Part shown: positions 1 to 9,700 of the stretch, in pieces | How positions within the stretch are numbered: position 1 is the first letter of the stretch | Layout of the letters: each line of letters opens with the position of its first letter | Source: Opitutales bacterium | Lineage (GTDB): Bacteria; Verrucomicrobiota; Verrucomicrobiia; Opitutales; JABSRG01 | Assembly (NCBI GenBank): GCA_049599475.1 | Contig: JBMYOQ010000058.1 | Location: 1-29,032, forward strand | DNA length: 29,032 nucleotides | Reading direction: 5' to 3' | Position numbers and translations under genes: made by a program | Notes under the pieces: generated by a model | What the model was told of the DNA's origin: nothing | The model's input: only the letters and a program-made list of their open reading frames with translations | Databases searched by the model: none

Positions 1-27
1 TGAAAAGCCGCCGGGGTCGTCGGCTTC

Positions 28-57
28 TACCAAAATAAACGAAAACACTTTTGAGTA
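28..57. repeat. 30-bp fragment shared with the 247-bp dispersed repeat
   Basis: taccaaaataaacgaaaacacttttgagta matches the reverse complement of 23440-23469 at 29/30 positions. Confidence 0.85.
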
Positions 58-85
58 CCGATATAAGCCTTTGTTAGACCTCCGA

Positions 86-113
86 TCGGCTCACCGAGAC
101 GGTTCGCCCACCC
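86..113 (-). repeat. REP-like half element
   Basis: Minus strand reads gggtgggcgaaccgtctcggtgagccga, which resembles ggtagggcgcaaccgtct at 23496-23513. It is GC-rich and intergenic. Confidence 0.5.
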
Positions 114-148
114 ATTTGTTTACGAAAATTATTTTGAGAAAGAGTCTG

Positions 149-210
149 AATGCAACGGCTGCCTCGGAGATGCAGCCCTCCCTTCATGAGGCTATCTAAT
201 TCTTAATACC
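149..210. repeat. REP-like palindromic repeat, copy 1 (direct repeat of 28668-28728)
   Basis: First 33 nt are 32/33 identical to 28668-28700 and the tail ctatctaattcttaatacc is 17/19 identical. Internal hairpin ggctgc-ctcggagat-gcagcc. Confidence 0.9.
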
Positions 211-283
211 CCAAGATCAAGCCCCACCCATCTGGTCCAAAGCTCGTATCAACGATCTGAAAAACTGGATCAGTCGAATGCTC

Positions 284-1318
284 CTAGAGTGGTTTTACCC
301 AGAAATTGCGAAATTGCACCTTATGCCCGTGGTCTTGGAGAATGATGGGCATGGGTTCTTTCATGTGCTTCTGCGTGCGCCGCACCTCAAGATATTGTGG
401 GAGCTCGAAGATCTCTTGTTCGTTATGAATGAGCTCTCCGTTGTGCAAAACGGTCATCACCGGATGTTTGATCAGTTTACCGTTCTCATCATAGCGAGCG
501 GCCCGGAAAGTGATGTCGTAGGTCTGCCATTCCTCGGGCGGACGACAACGATTCACCTTGGCAGGTGATACGCGATAGAGGGCACCGCATTCGGTCCAAT
601 CTGCATCGAAACCATAACTATCGAGAATCTGAACTTCATAGAGGCTCTGGATAAAGATACCGCTATTCCCTCGGTTTTGCCCTAGATTCGCGGGTTCATA
701 GGGAAGCTTGAATTCAATATGGACCTCACAATCGGCGTATTTTGCCTTCGTTCGCACATCTCCCCCAGCTTTGTTACCCATTTTTCTGGGGAAATTCTCC
801 ATAACGCCCCCTTCCAGCAAATTCCAGGTAGCTGGTTTACCTGAGTCGTGTTCCCAGGCATCAAGATTGTTAACGGGCAATAGAATGTCGGCTCCTTCAG
901 GTGCGGGACGCCCCATAGTCGAAGATACACGGGTGATTTTTTTGAGCTCAAAAGGCATATCAATGATTTTTCCGCCCTTGGCTTTCCCTCTGCGAACACC
1001 CGTCCACGAACCCTCTTTTAGTTCAAATGTCCATCCCTTGTCCTCGTATTTGATGACTCCGTTCTCTGGCTTCAAAATCTGGCGAAAATCGTAGTGAGCT
1101 CGGCGCTCGAACGCATTCATCATCTGCACCTCGAAAAGCCCGTCTTTATGCCCAATCACCCGGCCAACAAGCGTAGGGTTTTTAGCTCCATAGCTATTCT
1201 TGGGGGGATTTATATGGCCTCCCGACCAATCTCCCATGATGGGTGGAACTTCAGCGCCAAAAACAAAGGATAGGCCCAGGGATAAACAGGCCAAAGGGAT
1301 CGTGAGTAGTTTTTTCAT
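284..1318 (-). CDS. Secreted DUF1080 / 3-keto-disaccharide hydrolase family protein with an extra N-terminal domain
   Basis: Signal peptide; typical DUF1080 motifs HIEFKLP, GNSGIF, YEVQILDS, CGALY, WQTYDITF, LQDHGHKVQFRNFWVK. Confidence 0.9.
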   Translation of the reverse strand: MKKLLTIPLACLSLGLSFVFGAEVPPIMGDWSGGHINPPKNSYGAKNPTLVGRVIGHKDGLFEVQMMNAFERRAHYDFRQILKPENGVIKYEDKGWTFELKEGSWTGVRRGKAKGGKIIDMPFELKKITRVSSTMGRPAPEGADILLPVNNLDAWEHDSGKPATWNLLEGGVMENFPRKMGNKAGGDVRTKAKYADCEVHIEFKLPYEPANLGQNRGNSGIFIQSLYEVQILDSYGFDADWTECGALYRVSPAKVNRCRPPEEWQTYDITFRAARYDENGKLIKHPVMTVLHNGELIHNEQEIFELPQYLEVRRTQKHMKEPMPIILQDHGHKVQFRNFWVKPL

Positions 1319-1347
1319 ACGGGGAACTGTTGTCTAAAATCTTCGAA

Positions 1348-2226
1348 TTATTTCAAAATATTATACATGGCTTGGACACCTTCTACGGGACCCAGGTTTC
1401 GGCCTTCGTATTCGATGGCGACGATGCCGCTGAACCCGGCGCTGTTGATAATCTCGATCAATCTGGGGTAATCGAAGTCTTTCTGAGTGCCATCCGGATT
1501 GAAATCGTGCCCTTTGGCTGAGACCACGGCCGTATGCGGCATCATATCCTGGGTGCCTTGATAAAAATCAGTCCCTACCATTTTACCGAAGTCTGGCATG
1601 AGCTTGCAATGGCTGTGCCCCAGAGTGGCGACGACTTCTGCTAAATATGAACCGAGCGGTGTAAACTTCGGATTGGGTTCTATCACGATCGTTATTCCCC
1701 GTTCACGTGCGTAGTCTGAGAGAGCCCCGAGCGCGACGCCAGAGCGACGTATCGACTCCGTGTCCGAGACCTCCTTATCAATCTTCAGGAAAACGCGCAC
1801 ATACTGCGCTCCGAGGATCACTGCTTGATCAACGGCATGCGTAAACTTGATCCCGTTTTTCTTAAGTTGACCTTCAATAGCCGGACTCGCATCGACCATT
1901 CCGGTCATCACCAAAAAGATCTCGGATCCTATCGCCTCAGCGCGCTGCTTCAATGTAGGCAAGAAGTCCTTATCCTTCTGCCAACCGTCGGGATATCCGC
2001 CATCCCAGACATCGATCTTGCTGATACCAAAGGTCTCTTTGGCGAATTTTGGGTAATCCAGTGCATGCAATTCGCCGCTTTCAAACAGCTGGCGAAGCGA
2101 ATACATGGAGAGGCCGATTTCAAAGGTATTCATAGAAGACTCCTTACTTTTAAGGGGAGATGAAGCGATCAGCGAAGCCAAGATGCAACTGGTCGCGATA
2201 CGAAGCAGGGGTTGAGATGGTGACAT
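1348..2226 (-). CDS. Sugar phosphate isomerase/epimerase (xylose-isomerase-like TIM barrel, AP_endonuc_2), probably exported
   Basis: Motifs IGLSMYSLR, LGAQYVRVF, IVIEP, PDFG, VSAK, VAIEYEG; hydrophobic N-terminal leader; stop is 29 bp from the DUF1080 start. Confidence 0.85.
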   Translation of the reverse strand: MSPSQPLLRIATSCILASLIASSPLKSKESSMNTFEIGLSMYSLRQLFESGELHALDYPKFAKETFGISKIDVWDGGYPDGWQKDKDFLPTLKQRAEAIGSEIFLVMTGMVDASPAIEGQLKKNGIKFTHAVDQAVILGAQYVRVFLKIDKEVSDTESIRRSGVALGALSDYARERGITIVIEPNPKFTPLGSYLAEVVATLGHSHCKLMPDFGKMVGTDFYQGTQDMMPHTAVVSAKGHDFNPDGTQKDFDYPRLIEIINSAGFSGIVAIEYEGRNLGPVEGVQAMYNILK

Positions 2227-2420
2227 ATGCGCATATTGAAAGGATTCCCACTCAAGGACAACCGATAATCTGCCAGGCCGACGAACCTGCAGGGTGAAGC
2301 TGATACGTACACATTGAATCCCAAGACCACCTGTTCTTGGGACTCAAACACTCGACCGACACACTCGGCCGCTGGCCTAAGCCTCAATCGAGCCAGGCCA
2401 GTTTATTCAAAACGATAGCC

Positions 2421-5180
2421 CTACTCTACTGCGTATACCCATCCACCTGAGTTTAGGATATAAATTTTGTCTCCATAGATGGCCGCACAGGCCTCCTCCA
2501 TACGGTTCTCCATTCGGAATTTCCAGTGAAGATCTGTCGTTCCATCGCCATTACCAGCTTCATCCAAGCTGTAGAGGTAAGGAGACGTCAAAGAGCCCAC
2601 ATAGACGCGACCGCCCGCAACAACAGGAGCCGTATGGCCGCCACCGGGATGCGTCCACTCGATTTCCTGAGAGTGGATATCTATCTTGTAGACATTGCAA
2701 TGCACGGGTGTGCTGCCGAGCATCCGCCCGATCATAGCCGAGGCAAATACGTGCTCATCATTGAAGGCCGGTGTGACATTAAAAATGGAGGCCGGCACAT
2801 GGATTGCCCAGTCCAGCTTCCCTGTAGCCGCATCGAGGCTTCTGAACTCATTACCCGGCGAGGGGAAATACAATTTACCTTCGTGCGCGATCATAGCACC
2901 GGAGTCTGAACCATGGCTAAAGAAATTCGTCCAGTTGAGCTCTCCGGTGTGCATATCGAAAGAATAGATAAACTTGTCCCATGCGCCGAAAATGACATCT
3001 CCACCGTGAATCGTGGGCTCGGTGCACACGGATGCATTCGCTCTGTGGCGCCACACAATATCTCCCGTGCGCGCGTCCAAGGCGGTCGCATACCCATCAA
3101 TACATGGGACAAACACTTTGCCTTCAGCGATATTACAGGAGCCCCAGACCCAGCCAATGGACTGCTGCCATACTTTCTGCCCCGAGTTTGCGTCGATGCA
3201 GTAAAAATATTCTTCTCCGCCCTGCTGCCCGACATAGATACGCCCCTCATAGTATGAAGGCGCTACTGATATCGCGGCTCCTAGTTCAAACCTCCAAAGC
3301 TCCGCGCCAGTCTCCGAATCAACAGCATGAGTGAATCGCGAAGGTGTACCAAAAAATACATTACCATCCGCCGCTGTGACTTTCGATTGGAAATACGCTC
3401 CACCGGACACTTGTTCGAGCAAGATACGGTAGTCTCCATCATATGCGCTCTCGATCAAACTCTTGCGCCAGAGCAGCTCACCAGTCTCGCTGTAGCACCA
3501 GAGATATAGGTCCGTGGTTGAGATCAAAACTTTTCCGTCCTCGAATGAAAGGTCTGCCAAGGATTGGTGTGTACCCACTTTTTCTGACCATCTTTCGACT
3601 GCGTGTTTTCCCTGATCTTCGAGACACACTAAGGTACCATCGAAAGAGGCGAGGTATATCCGTTTCCCATCCACGACCGGACGCGAGCGCACCCAATCCG
3701 CCGCACGGTATTTCCAATTAAGGTCCCCGGTTTGGACATCCAGACTGTAGAGGTGTGAATCAGCGCTGCCTATATAGATATTCCCATTCGCCAAGATCGG
3801 AGTAGAGAAATTTTTCAGAGAACGCGCCTCCGGTGTATGCGTATCGTATTTCCAAAGTACTGTGCCATTGGTCTCCGAAAGGCAATAAATGACTCCCGCG
3901 TTGTCGCCAAATATGACTTTTCCATCCGCGATCAGCGGAGTCTTGTTTACCCCACCTTCAGCTTTGAATTGCCAGCGCACAGCCCCTGGGCGCACCCCTT
4001 TTTTAGGAGACTTTAGCTCAAAACAAAACACCTTCCCGGCCATAGTCCCTGTTACCACGGAGCTACCCAAAAGAGCGGGCTCGGCGAGCGTCGGCCCCGT
4101 GAACATCTCCCAGAGCATCCGCCCTGTCTTTACATCTTTGCACCGCAAGCGATTAAAGGGACCCGCCACCGCCGGCTCTTCATGAATGTCATGCACCCCG
4201 TATGGATATACGATGAAACGATCATCCGCTACGACGGGAGCATAGCCCGTGCGGTAATCCACATGCCCTGTCTCGATACGATCCTCGATCTCACCCGTCT
4301 TTTTATCGATAATGATTGAATAGCGCGTATCGCTGTTATTGCCCCGCGATCCGATGTCTCGGACGATGATTTTGTCCTTGTGCATGCGCGGTGTGGAGCC
4401 TGCAGCAGGCGTCCAATAAAGCTGATCGAGAACAATGGGAGCCACTTGTTTCGTTTTCCAAATTTCCTCGCCCGTATCAAGGTCGAGTGAGTACATCATC
4501 GTCCGCATACCCGGGGAAACCGCGTAGACGATCCCATCTTCAATGACCGGCTGAACCTCCCAAGCAAAACCAATGGGAAATTTCCACGCCTCTTCACCCG
4601 CCATCACGACATCGGTCTCTACGGAGCCCTTATGCCCAATATTCTTTTGATAGAGCGGCCAGTCTTCATACACAATATCCTGCTTCTTAGCACCTTCCCC
4701 TACTGTCCTGACATTTTGCTTATAGTCGGAGCTAGCAGGCTCTTCGCTCAACGGCCCTAATGATTCAAAAATTTCTTCAAGTATCGCGTAGCCCCGGTCC
4801 ACTGCTGGAAACACCTTCTCGGCTTGAGCATCGGTCAGTTTCGGAGCGACACCCCCGAACCGTTTGAGATTCCAAGGGAAATTCGCCTTGAGAATCTCCG
4901 TCTCCCCAAGCACAGCTTCAGTATTAACACCCATTTGTTGCAGAGAGGCAATCCACTGCTTCATCATGAAGATGCGCAGCTGATAGTTCTCACGATTCGT
5001 GAACTCCTTTTCGACAAGTAGACGCGTCCGAATCTGGTCTAAATCCTCATGATAGGTCGGTTTTACCGATGCCGCACTCGAAATTGAAAAGCAAGAGGCT
5101 ACGACTACCGATAGGCAGCAAAGGCCATTAACTTTTCGGGATTTCAGGGCAGAAAGGAAGTTCGATAGAGGGAATATCAT
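2421..5180 (-). CDS. Large secreted PQQ-like (BamB-type) beta-propeller repeat protein, probably two propellers plus an N-terminal helical domain
   Basis: Many '(A/C)(L/V)DxxTGxxxW' Trp-docking repeats over about 730 aa and a WPLYQKN motif. The signal peptide ends near SSA-A. Start taken at ATG 5180; the ORF is open to 5261. Confidence 0.85.
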   Translation of the reverse strand: MIFPLSNFLSALKSRKVNGLCCLSVVVASCFSISSAASVKPTYHEDLDQIRTRLLVEKEFTNRENYQLRIFMMKQWIASLQQMGVNTEAVLGETEILKANFPWNLKRFGGVAPKLTDAQAEKVFPAVDRGYAILEEIFESLGPLSEEPASSDYKQNVRTVGEGAKKQDIVYEDWPLYQKNIGHKGSVETDVVMAGEEAWKFPIGFAWEVQPVIEDGIVYAVSPGMRTMMYSLDLDTGEEIWKTKQVAPIVLDQLYWTPAAGSTPRMHKDKIIVRDIGSRGNNSDTRYSIIIDKKTGEIEDRIETGHVDYRTGYAPVVADDRFIVYPYGVHDIHEEPAVAGPFNRLRCKDVKTGRMLWEMFTGPTLAEPALLGSSVVTGTMAGKVFCFELKSPKKGVRPGAVRWQFKAEGGVNKTPLIADGKVIFGDNAGVIYCLSETNGTVLWKYDTHTPEARSLKNFSTPILANGNIYIGSADSHLYSLDVQTGDLNWKYRAADWVRSRPVVDGKRIYLASFDGTLVCLEDQGKHAVERWSEKVGTHQSLADLSFEDGKVLISTTDLYLWCYSETGELLWRKSLIESAYDGDYRILLEQVSGGAYFQSKVTAADGNVFFGTPSRFTHAVDSETGAELWRFELGAAISVAPSYYEGRIYVGQQGGEEYFYCIDANSGQKVWQQSIGWVWGSCNIAEGKVFVPCIDGYATALDARTGDIVWRHRANASVCTEPTIHGGDVIFGAWDKFIYSFDMHTGELNWTNFFSHGSDSGAMIAHEGKLYFPSPGNEFRSLDAATGKLDWAIHVPASIFNVTPAFNDEHVFASAMIGRMLGSTPVHCNVYKIDIHSQEIEWTHPGGGHTAPVVAGGRVYVGSLTSPYLYSLDEAGNGDGTTDLHWKFRMENRMEEACAAIYGDKIYILNSGGWVYAVE

Positions 5181-5375
5181 TATGTTGTGTATCTCGCGGA
5201 TCTTTAACTGTCTACAATATACAAAACAAGACCAATAGAGTTTCGTTGCACAAAAACGCAATTACTCCGGAAAAAGCAGCAGCTTACTGAGCGCCAGCGT
5301 GGCAAAAAAGATTCCCCGCCATTACCCGATATAGCCCAGCTCCTTCAACAGGCAGATTAGCGGCTATCTGATCCC

Positions 5376-5981
5376 TTAGAATCGAAATGAGACTTCCTCC
5401 CCAAAGAGCGTTTTCACGACTAATTCTCCGCCGCGTTCACTCACCACGATTTCCTCGTAAGACTCTCCGGCTACAGGAGGGATCTTATTAAAATACTCGC
5501 CCAATAGTTTATCATAGCCCACTGAAGTCGCGCCCTCTTCCAGAATGTATTGCTGCCCGGCCGAAGCGACCTGTCGCAGATTGTTCCGTATGCCACGCGC
5601 CCCCTTTTCGGTGAGTAGCCCCTGAGCATCGATCAGCCCATTCTCATACGACTTCAATAAAGGTCCGTCCAAAAATGGAGCAGAGTCCGTACGCTTCTTC
5701 GCAAAGAGAAAAGAGGCCTCCCCTTTGGATGTCTTCACGAACTGTTCTTTACCGATCTGCGCAATACCCAGAATTTTGTAGCCATCCAACTCGGCCCCGA
5801 TCTGCGTATACACTTTCTTGGCATCGGCGGTCCTCAACAGACCAATTTTGACTACTTTGCCTTCGATGCTCAACAACTGCACGATCTCGAAATCGGAGCT
5901 AATTTTGACGCCCGTTTCCCCAAAAGCGAGGGAGCCTGCAATTACGTGGAAAACCAAAAGTATCTTTAGAAACATACGCAT
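5376..5981 (-). CDS. Exported hypothetical protein with a C-terminal type IV pilin-like head
   Basis: Sec-type leader ending SLAFG. The C-terminal IRNNLRQVASAGQQYILEEG...PVAGESY resembles Opitutales pilins as I recall them. No GFTLxE prepilin motif. Confidence 0.6.
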   Translation of the reverse strand: MRMFLKILLVFHVIAGSLAFGETGVKISSDFEIVQLLSIEGKVVKIGLLRTADAKKVYTQIGAELDGYKILGIAQIGKEQFVKTSKGEASFLFAKKRTDSAPFLDGPLLKSYENGLIDAQGLLTEKGARGIRNNLRQVASAGQQYILEEGATSVGYDKLLGEYFNKIPPVAGESYEEIVVSERGGELVVKTLFGEEVSFRF

Positions 5982-6084
5982 ATCTAAGCCATTTCCAAGA
6001 AATCCGAATAGGCAATTTCTAAAAATGATCCAAAGCGTCTTTCACAAAAAAACTAGAAATTGAAACATATGCGGCGAAGATAAC

Positions 6085-6169
6085 GGTGTCGCTCGTTCTC
6101 CAAACGGGCGGTTTCAGTCGCTAAGAGTCTCCCACTCCGCATACCCGCCGCTAGGAGAGCGACGGTTAC
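6085..6169. repeat. Inverted pair of REP-like hairpins directly downstream of the efflux operon
   Basis: Left unit cgctcgtt-ctcca-aacgggcg; right unit (reverse complement) ccgtcgct-ctcct-agcggcgg. Both have the CTCCN loop seen in other intergenic units. Confidence 0.65.
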
Positions 6170-6203
6170 TGGGTTGTGTTGATATTATTACACGGTGTTT
6201 CGA

Positions 6204-6686
6204 TCAATGCCCACAGGTGCAGGCATATTCGTTGAGGTCGCACCCGGAGCAATGGGACATATCTATCTGGATCCGGTGGTAGTGTGTCGTATCGGCATCA
6301 GGCTTGAGCGTCAGAACAAAGGGAAGGTTGTTCTCTTCTGGTAGGGCTTGGGTCGATACAAGGGTTTCGCCTTTTGTTTCAAACGCGATCTTCATTGGGT
6401 TTTGACGATCGCCTCCGACCATCGAAGCCATGAATTTAGAATCGCGCGGTGCTGGGGTTTCTTGGTCACTCAGAAATGTAAGGCGGACATGGCGATCCTC
6501 CTGCACGTAAAATTCAATATGGGGAGTAACCTTTTCGATAATGACCCCGCCATTCGGCCCTGCTTTCCTCAGAGGATGACCATGCTCGCCTGATTCGTGG
6601 TCATGCCCGGGGCCCGCCAGTATGACCGATGGGATCATCATGGATAATAGGAGTATTGTTACGGCTGTTTTTATATTCATGCTCAT
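6204..6686 (-). CDS. Periplasmic His/Cys-rich putative metal-binding protein, last gene of the efflux operon
   Basis: Signal peptide, GPGHDHESGEHGH, GPNGG motif, C-terminal HCSGCDLNEYACTCGH; starts 25 bp after the pump stop codon. Confidence 0.8.
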   Translation of the reverse strand: MSMNIKTAVTILLLSMMIPSVILAGPGHDHESGEHGHPLRKAGPNGGVIIEKVTPHIEFYVQEDRHVRLTFLSDQETPAPRDSKFMASMVGGDRQNPMKIAFETKGETLVSTQALPEENNLPFVLTLKPDADTTHYHRIQIDMSHCSGCDLNEYACTCGH

Positions 6687-6711
6687 AATAGATAATTTGG
6701 GGTTAAATGTA

Positions 6712-9700
6712 TTATTGGGATGCGATAGAATCCCGCTCTAGAGACGTATTGGAAGCTCCCTTACCGAGTAGGTAAAACAAAGCCGGAGTCACCCCCAGCC
6801 CGAGGGAGGTGGAGGAGACCATGCCTCCAGTAATCATGATAGCGACGGGACTTAAAATTTCCTTGCCCGGCTCGTGCCCCGCGATGACGAATGGGATCAA
6901 GGCTATGCCAGCAGAGAGAGCTGTCATCAAAACGGGAACCAAGCGCTCGAGCGTTCCGCGTTCAATCATCTCACGACTGAAAGTTTCGCCTTCATGCCTC
7001 ATCAGATGCAGGTAGTGCGTGAGAAGCATGAGGCTATTTCGCACCGCGATACCAGCCAGTGCGATCATACCGACGAGTGTAGCGATATTTATATTATTCA
7101 ACAAAGCCCAGGTCAGGCATATGCCCCCGCCCAGAGCGAGCGGGATATCACAGAGGACTTGTAGGGTAAATTGAGCAGACTTGAAATAGCCATACAACAG
7201 AGCGGTCATGATAAGGAGCACCAAGACGCTCCATACATAGATGCGCTGTGAGGCTTCCTTTTGCGCCAAAAACTCCCCTTCCCAACTGAGAAATACCCCT
7301 TTCGGCACGGATACATTTTGAGCGACACGTTCCTGGAGTAAGGCCACCATTCCACTGATATCATCTCGCGATGGATTAATACTGACAACAAAGCGACGCA
7401 CTCCGTTTTCCCGCTTGATGACATTAGGTCCTGCGGCCTGATTCAACCGAGCAATATCCTCAAGAAATACCGTCTGCCCTGAGGGGCTGTGTATGGGCAA
7501 ACGCCTCAAGCGATCCGGACGCTCGCGCCACTCATCTGCCAGACGGACGAGGACCTCAATGGTCCGGACACCCTCATAGACTTCCGATACGGCCTGGCCG
7601 CCCATCAATACCGCCAATTGGGCATTCACCTCTCCCGCCGTCAACCCATAGGCCTTCGCTCGATCACGATCTACCTCGATTCTCACTTGCGGGATCGAAG
7701 CTTGTTGCTCCACACGCGCGGTCTCCAGGCCTGGTATTGCCTTTGCCTGCTCTTGAATGGCAAGCCCCACACGACGAATTTCATCTAGGTCTTCCCCAAA
7801 CACCTTGATCGCCACTTTCGCTGAGACACCGCTCAACATATGCCCTATGCGATCCGCTAGTGGTCCACCAATGGCAGAGAATGTCCCAGGGATCGTGCGT
7901 AAAGATTCACGTATTTCCTCCAAGACTACAGCTCGCGGCCGTTCTCCCAGCTCCAATACGATATCAAACTCCGCAGTCGAAACCGGCACGACATGATCAC
8001 CGTGCTCCGCTCGCCCGACTCGACGTCCAATCGTCTTCACCTCAGGAATTGCGCGCAAGAGCCTGCTCGCGACATCGGAAACCGCATTGGTCTCCTTGAG
8101 AGAGGTACCGGGAGCTGTGGTGAGCGCCACCAGGACCGTCTCTTCGCGAAAACTAGGCAAAAAGTCCTTGCCCATATGAGCAAACAGAGTGGCTCCGAGG
8201 GAAACGGAAATCGCCGCAATGATCAGCACCACCCATGGCGCGTCTAGAGCGAGTTTCAACCATGTCTTTTTAAATAAACCTTTTAAGCCTCTCACAAAGA
8301 AGCCATCGCGATGCACGGTTCCCTCCCGAGGGTGCAGCAAAACGGAACACAATACCGGTATAATGGTGACGGAAACCAGAAACGACGCGGCCATGCTCAC
8401 CATGGTCGCTACCGCAATCGGAGTGAAGAGCCGGCCTTCGAGCCCGGATAAAGCAAGAAGCGGAATAAATACTAAGATAATGAATACAGTAGCATAGAAA
8501 ATAGCATTTCGGACATCGAAGGACGCCCGTGCAATCACCTCAAATCGTGGCCGAGGACGTTCTTTTGCAGCATTCTCCCTTAAGCGGCGAAACACATTTT
8601 CAACATCGATAATGGCATCGTCGACCACCATACCAATAGCGACGGCCAGACCACCGAGAGTCATCGAATTCACCCCGACTCCCATTAATGAAAAGACAAT
8701 GAACGCGATGCTGAACGACAGAGGAATCGCTGTCAGCGTGATAAACGTCGTTCGCACATTTAGTAGGAATAAAGCCAATACAATGAGCACCATTATAGCT
8801 CCATCTCGCAAGGAGTGTTCTAGGTTCGAAATGGAGGTCTCGATAAAACTCGCCTGGCGAAACAGAGTCTGCACCTTTACGCCTTCCGGAGCATTCTTTT
8901 GTAGTTCCTCGAGAGCTGCTTCCAGTTGACGCGTTAATTCCAAGGTATCAAATCCAGGCGCTTTGACGACACTCACAATCACGCCCGGCTGGCCGTTTAC
9001 CGCAGCGTCGCCTCGAGGAGGTTCAATGCCCCAGACAACATCTGCAACGTCATCTAGAGTCACGATGCGATCGCCATTTTGACCTACGACGGCACTCCGA
9101 AACGCGCTGATCTCGGTAGTCATACTCAAATTACGCACCATAATCTCCTGCGGAGAATTTACCATAAACCCTCCCGACGTATTTCGGGACACGTTGCCCA
9201 CTGCCTGACTAATCGCGTCTAAGTGGATGCCCAGGGCCTGCATGCGTTCGGGATCGGGCTGCACGTGGATTTGCTGCACGCCACCTCCCATACTGAGCAC
9301 TTCTGCGACCCCAGGGATGCTCTGCAAGCGACGTTTCACTGTCCAATCTGCCCAGGTGCGAACATCCACGGGCTCGACCTTGGAACCTTCCTTAGGATAT
9401 AGGCCCACAAGCATGATTTCCCCCATCAATGAAGAGACTGGAGTCATAAACGGGACGGCCTCTCCAGGAAGTTCCTCGACAGCCTGCAAGCGCTCCTGGA
9501 CGAATTGCCGCGCCTGATAAATATCGGCACCCCAATCGAACTCGATGTAAATCAGCGACAAGGCGACATCCGAAATAGAGCGAATGCGGGTAAGGCCCGA
9601 TACGCCCATCAGAGTGTTTTCGAGGGGCAGCGTCACCAAAGTCTCCACTTCTTCGGGCGCCAAACCGGGAACCTCTGTCATCAAAGTGACAGTCGGCTTT

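Noticed and set aside
2169..2387. 72-aa ORF between the propeller and TIM-barrel genes
   Set aside because: It overlaps the TIM-barrel start out of frame and has no motifs, so the region is more likely intergenic.
2421..5261. Calling the propeller protein BamB or a methanol/alcohol dehydrogenase
   Set aside because: It is more than twice the length of BamB with no clear lipobox or bam context, and it lacks recognisable quinoprotein active-site motifs.
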